From IMG/VR virus record IMGVR_UViG_3300044732_000510: a stretch of DNA of 53,937 nt; one strand, given 5' to 3'. Below, piece after piece: positions 31,174 to 40,484 of the stretch. The DNA comes from an uncultured virus (IMG/VR IMGVR_UViG_3300044732_000510). Taxonomy: Duplodnaviria > Heunggongvirae > Uroviricota > Caudoviricetes. A program made the translations under genes and the position numbers. Positions within the stretch are counted from its first letter, which is position 1; each line of letters starts with the position of its first letter. The notes beneath the pieces were generated by a model. That model was not told the DNA's origin, did no database searches, and saw nothing but the letters and a program-made list of their open reading frames with translations.

Positions 31174-31689
31174 TTATGAATCATACGCAAGCCCCTGCCC
31201 ACCTCTTACTCTGCTTGATTGCTCTTCCTGAAGATCTTTATAGGCTCCTTTAAAAGACTGTCTAATTGCATCATAGTTTTTAGCTGCGCTAATTAGAGAG
31301 TTTATATTACCATCTCTACCTGCAGTAATTGTAGTTACTTCCATATATCTTGCTAATCTATCTAACATGGATGCAATACCTTTATATGCTCTGGATGTTG
31401 GAGTTTCATACATTCTTTCACAGAATTTAAGCGCAGTAAACACAGCATCATCTTCTGTTGAGAACTCACCTTCTATCTGTTGCATGATCAGGTTTTCTTT
31501 ATCTATATCTGGTGTATAGAAGAAAGGATTCATATCTGGATTAGGACATGTCATGTAGAACAGATACTGATATATCTTAAGGTAATCTTCTGGATAATCA
31601 TCCATGATATCTTTCAATGCCTTTAAAGTATAACAATGCTCAGTTGGTATTACTACATTGTTTTGTATTTCAAATAGCTTAACTATCAT
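31174..31689 (-). CDS. Conserved crAss-like protein upstream of terL (possible terminase small subunit)
   Basis: Helical 171-aa protein ending RVRGGQGLAYD, in a conserved position upstream of terL. The TerS role is inference. Confidence 0.45.
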   Translation of the reverse strand: MIVKLFEIQNNVVIPTEHCYTLKALKDIMDDYPEDYLKIYQYLFYMTCPNPDMNPFFYTPDIDKENLIMQQIEGEFSTEDDAVFTALKFCERMYETPTSRAYKGIASMLDRLARYMEVTTITAGRDGNINSLISAAKNYDAIRQSFKGAYKDLQEEQSSRVRGGQGLAYDS

Positions 31690-32519
31690 TATTTCTTTTT
31701 AATTGGGTTGTCTTTCATATAGTGAATAATTGCCTGTACTTCATCTACTAGATAAGGTACTGCAATTGGTTTTACTTCTTTTATTACAGGGTCTCCATTC
31801 TCATCTTTCTTAGTTACAGGATACCCCCAATTATCTTCAGCCTCTACCTCAAACATAACATGGTGTATAAATATTCTTCCTGGTTTTAGCTTAGGATTAT
31901 GCTTCAATATAATATACATATAAATACTCAATTGTAAAGCATAATGATAGAAATGACAGTCATCTAAGTTATCTACTGGTGGTAGCATTTTATCTGGCAT
32001 ACCCTCCCAGTTTACATAAGATTCCATATCTATCTTCTTATTAGTTTTGTAGTCAGTGATATTTACTTTACCATTGACTACTTCAACTAAATCTGATTGG
32101 CCACATAAGCCTGCTGACTTAAGATAGACCATATGTTCTGGATACACGCCTGGTTCTAACTTTTGATTTGGTGCTACTCTTATCCCATTATTCTCACCAG
32201 ATGGTTTAAATACAGGTATAGTAACTCCTTCTCTTTCTAATGAAGCTAAAGAGCATAAGTCATCTTCTCTTTGGTTATGGTACCATGTACCTAAGGTAGT
32301 AGATCTGTCTGCTTCATTAGTCCATATCTGTTGTATTAATACAGGATCAATACCAAACCATTTTGACTTTTTACTCTTGGTGACTTTCTCTGCAGTCTTT
32401 TTTGCATCAAAAGGTTTTTTAAAAGCTGATACTACAGAAGTAACACTAGTCCAACTAATGTTTTCTTCTGAGCTTAAGCTTTTATAGCTATGATCTGCTG
32501 CATTAAATACTATACTCAT
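31689..32519 (-). CDS. PD-(D/E)xK (Cas4/RecB-like) nuclease
   Basis: GTWYH, E, GQSDLV, ITDYKT and YALQLSIY motifs. Confidence 0.85.
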   Translation of the reverse strand: MSIVFNAADHSYKSLSSEENISWTSVTSVVSAFKKPFDAKKTAEKVTKSKKSKWFGIDPVLIQQIWTNEADRSTTLGTWYHNQREDDLCSLASLEREGVTIPVFKPSGENNGIRVAPNQKLEPGVYPEHMVYLKSAGLCGQSDLVEVVNGKVNITDYKTNKKIDMESYVNWEGMPDKMLPPVDNLDDCHFYHYALQLSIYMYIILKHNPKLKPGRIFIHHVMFEVEAEDNWGYPVTKKDENGDPVIKEVKPIAVPYLVDEVQAIIHYMKDNPIKKK

Positions 32520-32767
32520 TTCTTTAATTGTTCTATAGCAAGTATTGCTATGTTAAAATTATCTATGTCTTCTGACCTCAACATAGTTATCAAACTTTTT
32601 GCTGTCTCAGAATCTACTTTACCTCTGCTCTCCATCCACTCTACAAAGCCTACAGAATTTTCTATAGACATGTAATGTGCAAGTTCATCATTAGTATCTG
32701 TAGTATACATAATGTTAGGGCCTTGTGCAGCCATACCATCTGTTTGAAAATGTTCCCAATTATGCAT
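32516..32767 (-). CDS. Hypothetical protein
   Basis: Overlapping operon ORF. Its C-terminus (L..MLRSED..N..IA) resembles the neighbouring gene. Confidence 0.6.
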   Translation of the reverse strand: MHNWEHFQTDGMAAQGPNIMYTTDTNDELAHYMSIENSVGFVEWMESRGKVDSETAKSLITMLRSEDIDNFNIAILAIEQLKK

Positions 32768-33092
32768 TATCTATTATTGATTCAGCTAATGTTCTTGATG
32801 ATTCATCTTCTGCAATTAACATCTTCCGGATATTAGTTACTTCTTCTTGTGTAAATTTACCTTCTATAGATAGAATCTTTAGTCTTAAAAACTTGTTTTC
32901 TGTTTCTAGTTTCCTAAGTCTTTCTTCTATTTGATGTATAGGATTCCATGGATCACTATAGGGTCCAGTATTCATTTGAGAAAACAAACCATTACTAGAA
33001 GCTGTATCCAATGGTATAGTATTAATTACTTGACTGCCATCATTAACTAAAGTTCCAGCTGGATGATATACACTTGGAATTGGTACATTCAT
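32760..33092 (-). CDS. Hypothetical protein
   Basis: Operon ORF with a coiled coil and a C-terminal I..MLIAED.....LA motif. Confidence 0.6.
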   Translation of the reverse strand: MNVPIPSVYHPAGTLVNDGSQVINTIPLDTASSNGLFSQMNTGPYSDPWNPIHQIEERLRKLETENKFLRLKILSIEGKFTQEEVTNIRKMLIAEDESSRTLAESIIDNA

Positions 33093-33096
33093 AATA

Positions 33097-33396
33097 TTAA
33101 TCTTTAAGGTTGTCTAACTCATCTTCCTTCTCTTCAGTAGTAAGTGCTTCCCATTTACCTAATGGGCATTCTGATGATAAAGATCTTGTTTTAAAGTTAA
33201 GTGAGCATCCACATTCATTACAGCATGGAGCAGTACCTTTAACAGCACACTTCTTTCCTTTGTGCTCACAGTCATCACAGATACTATATCTTAATCTAGC
33301 TATTTCTTCCACTGTTTCATCTCTGATAACTGAGTTAGTTATACCTTCAATTATTTGGTTCCTGTTCTCCCAAATTAGTTTTAGTGTGTTTTTCAT
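33097..33396 (-). CDS. Cys-rich Zn-finger-like protein (DUF6171-like)
   Basis: R..IC..C...C..CGC....K.......CP.GKW signature. Confidence 0.65.
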   Translation of the reverse strand: MKNTLKLIWENRNQIIEGITNSVIRDETVEEIARLRYSICDDCEHKGKKCAVKGTAPCCNECGCSLNFKTRSLSSECPLGKWEALTTEEKEDELDNLKD

Positions 33397-33779
33397 AAGT
33401 CTTCTTTATTAAGTTTATATTCTTCTTTCTTCTTTAAAGTCTCTTCTTTTTTTAATGCTACTTTATCTAATTCTTTTTCTATGTGAGCCAAAGCTATTAG
33501 TTTTTTTTCTAGCATCATCTTGTGGTGATAAGCATTAAAGGTAGATGTGTCATGGTTGGTTAATGCCTTTTTATATCTAGGCACCATCTTTCTTACAAAA
33601 CTTTCTTTTATAACAAACTGACCAAGACCATCTACATTTATTCTTAAATGTTTTAAACCTGTTATATTACTTTTTACTTCTTTGTAGTAATACTCAATCA
33701 AATCTTCAACCAGATCAATTGGGATATTTAATTCTTCAGCAACTTCTTTATATAAAGACTTTGACTTCTGTGGTATCAT
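33393..33779 (-). CDS. HU/IHF-like DNA-binding protein
   Basis: L.KEVAEELNIP...VE..I followed by I.V.GLGQF. Confidence 0.65.
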   Translation of the reverse strand: MIPQKSKSLYKEVAEELNIPIDLVEDLIEYYYKEVKSNITGLKHLRINVDGLGQFVIKESFVRKMVPRYKKALTNHDTSTFNAYHHKMMLEKKLIALAHIEKELDKVALKKEETLKKKEEYKLNKEDL

Positions 33780-34135
33780 TTACCTAAAAATTTAAAGTCT
33801 AATAATATGTCACCTTCAGTTTGCACCTTTAGAGCTGGGTCTATAAATACAACCTTTTTATTTGAAGGATCTTTACTTACTAAATTATTCTTCTCACACT
33901 TGTTAATACAGTTTCTTACTGTTTGCTCTGACTTAAATATCTTATGTTCATCAGATGCTTCATAACAAAAATGAGAAAGTTCAATTGGACCAAGTAATGA
34001 TAACAGAGTTAAACATTCCAGATCAGACTCACTCATTGTTATACGGTTAATATAACAATGAGTTAAGATCTGAAACTTAATGATATCATTTTTTGACATC
34101 ACTACTCTTTTCTGTACCTGATTAACTAAAGCCAT
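33776..34135 (-). CDS. Putative winged-helix DNA-binding protein
   Basis: S.QTVRN.I.K..K.NL HTH-like pattern followed by a beta wing. Confidence 0.5.
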   Translation of the reverse strand: MALVNQVQKRVVMSKNDIIKFQILTHCYINRITMSESDLECLTLLSLLGPIELSHFCYEASDEHKIFKSEQTVRNCINKCEKNNLVSKDPSNKKVVFIDPALKVQTEGDILLDFKFLGK

Positions 34136-34137
34136 GA

Positions 34138-34422
34138 TTAGTCTTTCTTAAGCTTTCTTTTTGGAGCTTCTGTTTCTGGATACTCTAAGTCATCTTCTTC
34201 TTCACCATTCTCAGCATTCTTAGCTTCATTCATCATCATAGCATACTGCATCTGAAGACTCATTCTTTTAAACCTTGCTTCATCAATAGCTAGAAGTTTT
34301 TGTTCATACACTAGTTGGGCATCAAGATAAGGTACTGAATCTGTGTAAAATTCAAGCATAGAAGCCTTCTTTTCAGCTAGTTGCTCAGGAGTTAATTCCT
34401 CCTCAAAATGTTGGTTTTCCAT
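34138..34422 (-). CDS. Hypothetical protein
   Basis: ORF with its own upstream TATATTTG promoter element. Confidence 0.65.
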   Translation of the reverse strand: MENQHFEEELTPEQLAEKKASMLEFYTDSVPYLDAQLVYEQKLLAIDEARFKRMSLQMQYAMMMNEAKNAENGEEEDDLEYPETEAPKRKLKKD

Positions 34423-34445
34423 TTTATATATTTTAAAAGTTTAGA

Positions 34446-34453
34446 CAAATATA
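34446..34453 (-). promoter_or_regulatory. Bacteroidota housekeeping-sigma -7 element (TAnnTTTG)
   Basis: TATATTTG on the minus strand, between a terminator (about 34484-34515) and the ORF start at 34422. The same element recurs at 43709-43716, 43813-43820, 44463-44470 and 44543-44550. Confidence 0.65.
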
Positions 34454-34537
34454 CAATAAAAGTTTAAACAAGATATATTTAAAACAAAAAATCCAGGCAT
34501 ACAAAGTACCTGGATTAGTATATCTAGTATATCTTAA

Positions 34538-34792
34538 TCATAGTCCTGGAACTCTTCTTCTTTTTATATACTTCTTCTGTCTGACTTTTCTTTTGCTTCC
34601 TCTACAACCCGGAGGATCACCTGGTCCACCAGTACATTGACTTTCTGCAGATGCTGCATTAGGAGATTGCAAACCTGTTACTCCACCAACTTCATAGCTC
34701 TTCATTGACCTTATCATTGGTGCAGGTCCACCTTTCTGCATTGACTTACAGAATACTGTAGCATCTGTAACTCCTTTTAATCCATGTTTCAT
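34538..34792 (-). CDS. Small basic xxGG protein
   Basis: Likely start MKHGL. Contains MQKGG, YEVGG and a C...P..PP.C module shared with 20507-21388. Confidence 0.6.
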   Translation of the reverse strand: MKHGLKGVTDATVFCKSMQKGGPAPMIRSMKSYEVGGVTGLQSPNAASAESQCTGGPGDPPGCRGSKRKVRQKKYIKRRRVPGL

Positions 34793-34793
34793 A

Positions 34794-35108
34794 TTATCCT
34801 TTTTTATTGTGTTTAGTAACTTTAGTATTATAAGCATACTTAGTTTTAGATGTTAGCTGTCTTGTTTTATCAACTGTTTTTATTTTGTCACCTTTTTTGT
34901 TATAGACATCTACTGTTTTTTCAGCATAACCTGGACGTGGTGCAACAGTACCTGTACTTGGCTTTTCTTTCCAGCCTTCAGTTACTCTTGTTCTGCCAGT
35001 CAAAGGATTAGTAAAAGATTTAGTTTTAGGTGGATCATTTTTTACATTGATACCATTTTGAGCTTTAACCAATTTTTTAGTTTTTGCTTTTTTGATTATC
35101 TTTTTCAT
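34794..35108 (-). CDS. Basic hypothetical protein
   Basis: Lys-rich ORF in the operon. Confidence 0.6.
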   Translation of the reverse strand: MKKIIKKAKTKKLVKAQNGINVKNDPPKTKSFTNPLTGRTRVTEGWKEKPSTGTVAPRPGYAEKTVDVYNKKGDKIKTVDKTRQLTSKTKYAYNTKVTKHNKKG

Positions 35109-35110
35109 AG

Positions 35111-35269
35111 TTATCTATTTTTAATTGTAAAGTTTAAAACAGTAAGTAGATAAAACTCTCTTGATATATCTATCTCTAGTGAGAATATGTCCAAACTAGA
35201 TAATCTCAATCTTACCATCACTTTATCCCACTGCTTCTTTGAATTATTCCAGTTGTTTCTCAGTTTCAT
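35111..35269 (-). CDS. 52-aa hypothetical protein (below the ORF-track cutoff)
   Basis: MKLRNNWNNSKKQWDKVMVRLRLSSLDIFSLEIDISREFYLLTVLNFTIKNR fills the gap between the endolysin and the next gene, with 1-2 nt spacers. Confidence 0.65.
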   Translation of the reverse strand: MKLRNNWNNSKKQWDKVMVRLRLSSLDIFSLEIDISREFYLLTVLNFTIKNR

Positions 35270-35270
35270 A

Positions 35271-36149
35271 CTATAAGCTTAATAACATATCAATTAACTC
35301 TTGCTGCGGGAACATGTCCACTTTACCTCTTAATACATTAGTGTGAGAGTACATTCCTGGTGTAGAATTAGCTCTAGCCAAATCTAATACATCAAATCCA
35401 TCAGCACCTTTTGCTCTTACATACTCTACTAAACCTACTCTAGGATCTATGTTATATTTCTCAGCTACAAATAATATCCATTGTTTTAATGCAGTTATCT
35501 GAGCATCTGAGTATCTGTGCCAGAACTGAAATCCACGGAATGGTTTAGCTAGCTTAACTATTTGGTTAGGATCTGCTGGTGTACCAACATATGTTTTACC
35601 ATTAACTATCTGACCCATACAACATACCTCAATAGCTACAGAGTTTCTATGCATAACAGAGTTACCTGTACCTGTGTGCCACCCATATCCTCCTTCTGGA
35701 AAACACTGAATTAATTCACCGTCATACTTAGTATCTCCATTTCTAACAGACTGTCCTCCTAATACAAATTCAGTGGCTACATTACCTCTGTCATCTCTTG
35801 CCCACATATCAGCAACCTGATAAGGGTCTTCCCATCCTGCTGTGTGGTGTAAGAATATCCAATTTTTTGGAACTGGGCCAGCAAAATAAGTACCCGGGAT
35901 CATGTAATGTTTCTTAATCTCTAGAGCTTTTTCTACTTCTAGATTTTCTGCATTATCTGTATTAAGGATACCCATGTGTGCCCAAGTCTTAGTACCTACT
36001 ATACCATCTGCTACCAGACCATTTTTCTTCTGGTAAGATTTTACTGCAGATTCTGTTTTAGGACCAAAGATTCCGTCAGCTGTAAGTTTTAAGAATTCTT
36101 GAAGAGTAACCACTGATGGTCCCTTGCTTCCTTTCTTTAAAACAGACAT
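35271..36149 (-). CDS. Endolysin: PG-binding domain plus N-acetylmuramoyl-L-alanine amidase (Amidase_2)
   Basis: LKKGS.G..V..LQ...ADGIFGPKT..AV..YQ...GL.ADG.VG..TW, followed by IFLHHTAG, SVAIEVC and YSH...KVD.FP. Confidence 0.9.
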   Translation of the reverse strand: MSVLKKGSKGPSVVTLQEFLKLTADGIFGPKTESAVKSYQKKNGLVADGIVGTKTWAHMGILNTDNAENLEVEKALEIKKHYMIPGTYFAGPVPKNWIFLHHTAGWEDPYQVADMWARDDRGNVATEFVLGGQSVRNGDTKYDGELIQCFPEGGYGWHTGTGNSVMHRNSVAIEVCCMGQIVNGKTYVGTPADPNQIVKLAKPFRGFQFWHRYSDAQITALKQWILFVAEKYNIDPRVGLVEYVRAKGADGFDVLDLARANSTPGMYSHTNVLRGKVDMFPQQELIDMLLSL

Positions 36150-36151
36150 TG

Positions 36152-36454
36152 TTACTTACGGTTAAATTTTTTACTCATCATATGAGCAACCCATTTACCA
36201 ACTCTTTGTAGTACTGGAGTCTCAGCTTCTACTTTAACTGTAGTGCCTTCATCTGTCTTAGTAACTTCTACATCTAATTTTCTAGAGTCTAGTACAAACT
36301 TCTTTTCTTCTTCATTAGCTTTTACTGTAACATCTACTTTAGGTGTATCTACTACTACATCTAAGTTCTTGTCTTTTTTCTTAACACTTACTCTGGTTTT
36401 CTTTACCTTAACTTCAGCATTAATTTCCACTTGTGGTTTTACTTTCTTTGCCAT
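36152..36454 (-). CDS. Hypothetical protein in the lysis cassette
   Basis: Repeated LDV.V/VDVTV beta motif and an amphipathic C-terminus. Confidence 0.55.
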   Translation of the reverse strand: MAKKVKPQVEINAEVKVKKTRVSVKKKDKNLDVVVDTPKVDVTVKANEEEKKFVLDSRKLDVEVTKTDEGTTVKVEAETPVLQRVGKWVAHMMSKKFNRK

Positions 36455-36698
36455 TTTTCTTTTTTTTAGTTATTACTGTTTCTAAATCCTTGTAATCTTC
36501 TACTGTTAATTGGGATAAAGTAGCTGCTACTGTTCCTGCAGTTACTAAATATCCAGCCACTGTTACTACTGTAGCTGGTAATGTTATTGGAGCTGCTATT
36601 ACTACTCCGGCTGCTGCACCTACTGCAATTGCAACCTTTTGTACTTTCTTCCAGAACTTAGGTGTTTTAGCATTCCATCTTTTTTTTAAATTAGTCAT
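36420..36698 (-). CDS. Putative holin
   Basis: Basic N-terminus (TPKFWKK), two hydrophobic segments and a charged tail; located upstream of the endolysin. Confidence 0.55.
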   Translation of the reverse strand: MTNLKKRWNAKTPKFWKKVQKVAIAVGAAAGVVIAAPITLPATVVTVAGYLVTAGTVAATLSQLTVEDYKDLETVITKKKKNGKESKTTSGN

Positions 36699-36966
36699 GT
36701 CTACTGTTTACTATAAATAATTTTACTGCATCTGATAATTCACTTACATTCTTTGCTAAGTTTTTAATTTCAAGCTGTGTAAGTTCTTGTAGTGCTTGAT
36801 ATTTTATTTGACTTTCTTGCTGTACCAATTCTATTTTACCTTTTAACTTACCTTGTTCTTCTGTATTTTTTCTAACATCAGAGTGTATCATTTTTAAAAA
36901 GTATCCAAATATAGCAAAAATTGAACTAGCTACAAAAAGGATGAGTGTCATTAACCAAGTTTCCAT
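36691..36966 (-). CDS. Membrane protein (N-terminal TM plus coiled coil), lysis-associated
   Basis: Single TM helix followed by heptads; first gene of the lysis operon. Confidence 0.55.
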   Translation of the reverse strand: METWLMTLILFVASSIFAIFGYFLKMIHSDVRKNTEEQGKLKGKIELVQQESQIKYQALQELTQLEIKNLAKNVSELSDAVKLFIVNSRHD

Positions 36967-37046
36967 TGTTGTTATGTTATAAATATATATTTATAATATA
37001 CAAAAAATTATTAAACTGACCAAGCAAAATAAGTAAAAATACTTAG

Positions 37047-37280
37047 TTAAACTTCATATTGAGGTAACTGTACATTGTTAACCCAGTCAATGATATCTTG
37101 ATCATTCCAATCTTCAGTATAAGTATAACCAGAAAAGGTTACACCAAATACAGTAGATGGTGTGGTTAATAATACATCAGTACTACATACTTTATCTATA
37201 ATGTTATCTAATACAGTTGTTACTGTTACTGTAGGATCAATTATCTCTACGTTGAATTGAGGGAATTTATAAGTTGCCAT
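37047..37280 (-). CDS. Small acidic fibre-associated protein
   Basis: Directly follows the lectin-like gene; its size and composition fit a fibre chaperone. Confidence 0.45.
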   Translation of the reverse strand: MATYKFPQFNVEIIDPTVTVTTVLDNIIDKVCSTDVLLTTPSTVFGVTFSGYTYTEDWNDQDIIDWVNNVQLPQYEV

Positions 37281-37283
37281 AAT

Positions 37284-37892
37284 TTATGATAATGTTGTTC
37301 CTGTTACGGTGAAAGTTCTTACTGGAAAATAAGTAAAAGCTACTGATGATGTTTTAGCTTGTTGTGTTGTCAAACCTATATTATTAAAAGCATATGCAAA
37401 TGTTGTTGTCCCTATTATAGTTGTTGAACTCCAATAAACTCTACCCGATGAAGATAAATTTAAAGGTGAATAATTTAACAAGTTGTTTTGGTCATTAACA
37501 TAATTAGTTAAATTAAATATCTCTCTAATGTTTGGTAATCTCCAACCACTTGTGAAAGTTCCAACTGAAAAAGCAAGTGAATTGTCTATAGCTTGGTTCC
37601 AAGTATTACCCGTTGCGATGGCTGCCCGTGACAAACCCAACACAGTTGAACCATTATAAGTTGACCAATCAATCACAATGTTATTTGTATAAGTTTGACC
37701 GCCTAATTCATCAGTAAATCTATTCGTGTTTCCAAATGGATTATTACTTGCTAATACTGTGAATGATGTTGCACGCCCAGCCTCAAGATCTCCATCATCA
37801 CCTGTTCTATAACTTATTGTTTGTCCTGTTTTCATTAAAGTAGCTCCAACAGGAGGATCAGATACTGGTTTTATGTCTATTCTTGTACTCAT
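37284..37892 (-). CDS. DUF1566/Lcl-type C-type-lectin-fold protein
   Basis: KTGQT.SY..GDDG...AG, W..A, WRLPNIREI, YWSSTT and C-terminal .PVR motifs. Confidence 0.75.
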   Translation of the reverse strand: MSTRIDIKPVSDPPVGATLMKTGQTISYRTGDDGDLEAGRATSFTVLASNNPFGNTNRFTDELGGQTYTNNIVIDWSTYNGSTVLGLSRAAIATGNTWNQAIDNSLAFSVGTFTSGWRLPNIREIFNLTNYVNDQNNLLNYSPLNLSSSGRVYWSSTTIIGTTTFAYAFNNIGLTTQQAKTSSVAFTYFPVRTFTVTGTTLS

Positions 37893-37893
37893 A

Positions 37894-39138
37894 TTATCTA
37901 CTTATTTCTTCCCAATCTACTGAAGCATAAGCTCCTAATGTACCTCCTGTAGCATCAATAGCCATTTCAATAACCAATTCATATGCTACTCCAGTAAAAG
38001 TATTTCTTTCTAGTTGAGATGCAAATAATGCTTCTTTTAGTATATCCATACTTGGAGAACCCTGATTAGATGAGTTTATATATCCTTGTGCTAATACCCT
38101 ACCTCCAGAAGCAGATGCACCTGTTAAGTTATATTCAACAGCAGAATCAGGTCCTATAGGAGTCCATAAACCACCAGTTATAGTTGCAGATTGAACAACT
38201 CTCCAAGCATAGTTTTTACCATTACCTAATCCTAATATAGATACAGCAGTAAGTATTACAATAGCATCTAATTTAGTTGGTACAAGTCTTACACCTACAA
38301 TAGGATAAAATGTTCCTGCCGCAGCAAATGTTACTGGAGTAAGTATTGGAGTTCCAATAGCTTGTTGTGCTCCTCTTAATTCATAACCACCTTCAGATAT
38401 CACAGTAGAACATACTTGCTTTAATGTAGCTGCAGTTGCTGTTCCTTCATTAGTTATCTCATATCTTAATGGTAATGAAGCTGTAGTAATATAAGTAGAT
38501 GCAATTAAGTTAGCATGATTAAATCTATGGCAAAGTATGAATACTCCATCTATTACAAATCCTATTCTTACAGTTCCTTCACCTAACCACTCAATGTCCA
38601 TAAACATGATTTGAGCTTTAGTTATATCTAAAGTTACTCCTGAAGGTCCATTGCCATCTAGTGTATCCACATTCCAAACAGCTTGAGGCACAATACTTTC
38701 AGTTACTAAACCTGTAACCGCACTTCTTTCTACAAAACTTAAAATATCATCTCTTAACTGAATGTATATACCATTATCTGTTCCATAGTACCCAACTCTT
38801 TGTCTTAATCCTGTTTGGGCAGGAGCCATTACAAATGTATTAAGTACTAATAATGACTTACCTGGTTGATAAGAAAATACTTTTGCAGTCTCTCTTACTA
38901 CTTGAGATCCTCCTGTACTAGTTACATTTAAGTTTACTAATCCTTCATTTGTACTAAATACAGCAGTTCCGCCAAGTGTTGCTAATGTATTCCATAATCC
39001 ATTATCTCTGTATCTATGAGAAGAATCAAATAATGTTAATGGCTGTGCTACTCTTATTCTACCAAATGCATCAGCCAACATTGGATCATTAGCCAATAAT
39101 GATTGGTTAGATCCAGAAGTATTTATAACTATACCCAT
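37894..39138 (-). CDS. Virion structural protein (beta-sandwich, lectin-like)
   Basis: DAFGR.RV..P.TLFDS, YQPGKS, DIEWLG.G, LPLRYEI and ISEGG motifs, seen in many aquatic phage structural proteins. Confidence 0.6.
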   Translation of the reverse strand: MGIVINTSGSNQSLLANDPMLADAFGRIRVAQPLTLFDSSHRYRDNGLWNTLATLGGTAVFSTNEGLVNLNVTSTGGSQVVRETAKVFSYQPGKSLLVLNTFVMAPAQTGLRQRVGYYGTDNGIYIQLRDDILSFVERSAVTGLVTESIVPQAVWNVDTLDGNGPSGVTLDITKAQIMFMDIEWLGEGTVRIGFVIDGVFILCHRFNHANLIASTYITTASLPLRYEITNEGTATAATLKQVCSTVISEGGYELRGAQQAIGTPILTPVTFAAAGTFYPIVGVRLVPTKLDAIVILTAVSILGLGNGKNYAWRVVQSATITGGLWTPIGPDSAVEYNLTGASASGGRVLAQGYINSSNQGSPSMDILKEALFASQLERNTFTGVAYELVIEMAIDATGGTLGAYASVDWEEISR

Positions 39139-39593
39139 TATAAATAATTATGAGCAACTATTAAAGAAGAACCTACATTAGTAGTGGTATCAAAATAGAA
39201 TTTACTACCATCATAATAGTTCATAACTCCACCAGCATCCAAGTTTAATGTTTCACCTGGGGCAAGATCAGTGTAATTTAATCCACCATCTGTAGAAACT
39301 CTAGCATTACCAGTCCCCACACTAGCAAAAGAAACAGATAACACTATTGGGAAACCGCTAAGATCACCATCTGTATTAGTATATTTTCTAAATTGTGCAG
39401 ATATTAAAACATTTGCTTGTTCATTAGATAATACAGTAGAAACTGATTTATCATTATTTTGTTGACCTAATGGAGCTTTAATAGCAACATTAAATGTTGA
39501 ACTAATTATACTCTGAAGTCCTTGTAGAACTTTCCACTGAAATGGTAAGTTGTTACCTTGGTTTCCGGTGTCTTTTAAATTTCCTATTGACAT
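39138..39593 (-). CDS. Putative structural protein
   Basis: Translationally coupled to the next gene; beta-rich C-terminus. Confidence 0.5.
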   Translation of the reverse strand: MSIGNLKDTGNQGNNLPFQWKVLQGLQSIISSTFNVAIKAPLGQQNNDKSVSTVLSNEQANVLISAQFRKYTNTDGDLSGFPIVLSVSFASVGTGNARVSTDGGLNYTDLAPGETLNLDAGGVMNYYDGSKFYFDTTTNVGSSLIVAHNYL

Positions 39594-39656
39594 AGTTATA
39601 ATTTTAATAAATTTTTATTCCTGTATATGATATGAAGTTTAGTATATCTACAGTAA

Positions 39657-40460
39657 TTAGAAATTATAAAGTTCATAATATAAGTAGAAACGGCCCCCAA
39701 ATTGATTAGCATAAGTAGTGTTATCCACTGTAATAGATAAATCATCTACACCACTAGCACCACCTATGTTTGCACCATCAATAACAAAAGTGTCTCCATT
39801 TACATAACCTGTTCCACTATTCACTAGAACAACTGAATTAATTACTCCAGCTCCATCACGTGTTACTGTAAATGTAGCATTACCAACTGATACCCCAACA
39901 TTTGAATAGGTTTGTCCAGCCTCTGCTAAGATTGTTGTTCCTGTACCTGGTGTAAAAGAAGTTATTGCACCAGTCAAAGTTGGATTTGCATTAAAGATAG
40001 CATAATCCGCTCCTGTTGGTGCAAAGCCTGTTGCAATAACATAAGGAATAAAAGAATCAGATATTGCAGGACTGTAGTATACAGAAAACTGCATATATAC
40101 ATTATCTGGATTTGTAAAATCCATTTCTGCATTATTAATACTAAGCGGAACGGCAGTAGCAAATGCTGGTTGTGGATCAACTTCAGGTGTTGCCATAATG
40201 ATTTCAATAACCCCTCTTGAAGTAGTTACATCTACTACAGGTACTAATACCGAGTTTAAATCAATAGTATAGTATCCAGTATTACCTATATTACCCGCCT
40301 GCACTGCATCTTTAAGAGGCATAGCATAAGTCTGATACTGATCATCTCTTCTATTAAACCCTACATTAGCACCTAATGCTACTAGGTCTGTGTTAGGATC
40401 TACAGCTTTAGTTTTAATCAGACCTGCTGTTTTTAAATATAGCCAGTTTAAAATATCCAT
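39657..40460 (-). CDS. Fibre-like protein with an MDILN anchor domain
   Basis: Its N-terminal domain is paralogous to 40485-42110, and it has a Gly-rich insert (V.LVNSGTGY..GDT..I.G). Confidence 0.55.
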   Translation of the reverse strand: MDILNWLYLKTAGLIKTKAVDPNTDLVALGANVGFNRRDDQYQTYAMPLKDAVQAGNIGNTGYYTIDLNSVLVPVVDVTTSRGVIEIIMATPEVDPQPAFATAVPLSINNAEMDFTNPDNVYMQFSVYYSPAISDSFIPYVIATGFAPTGADYAIFNANPTLTGAITSFTPGTGTTILAEAGQTYSNVGVSVGNATFTVTRDGAGVINSVVLVNSGTGYVNGDTFVIDGANIGGASGVDDLSITVDNTTYANQFGGRFYLYYELYNF

Positions 40461-40484
40461 GGTATAAATTTAAAATATTATTAA

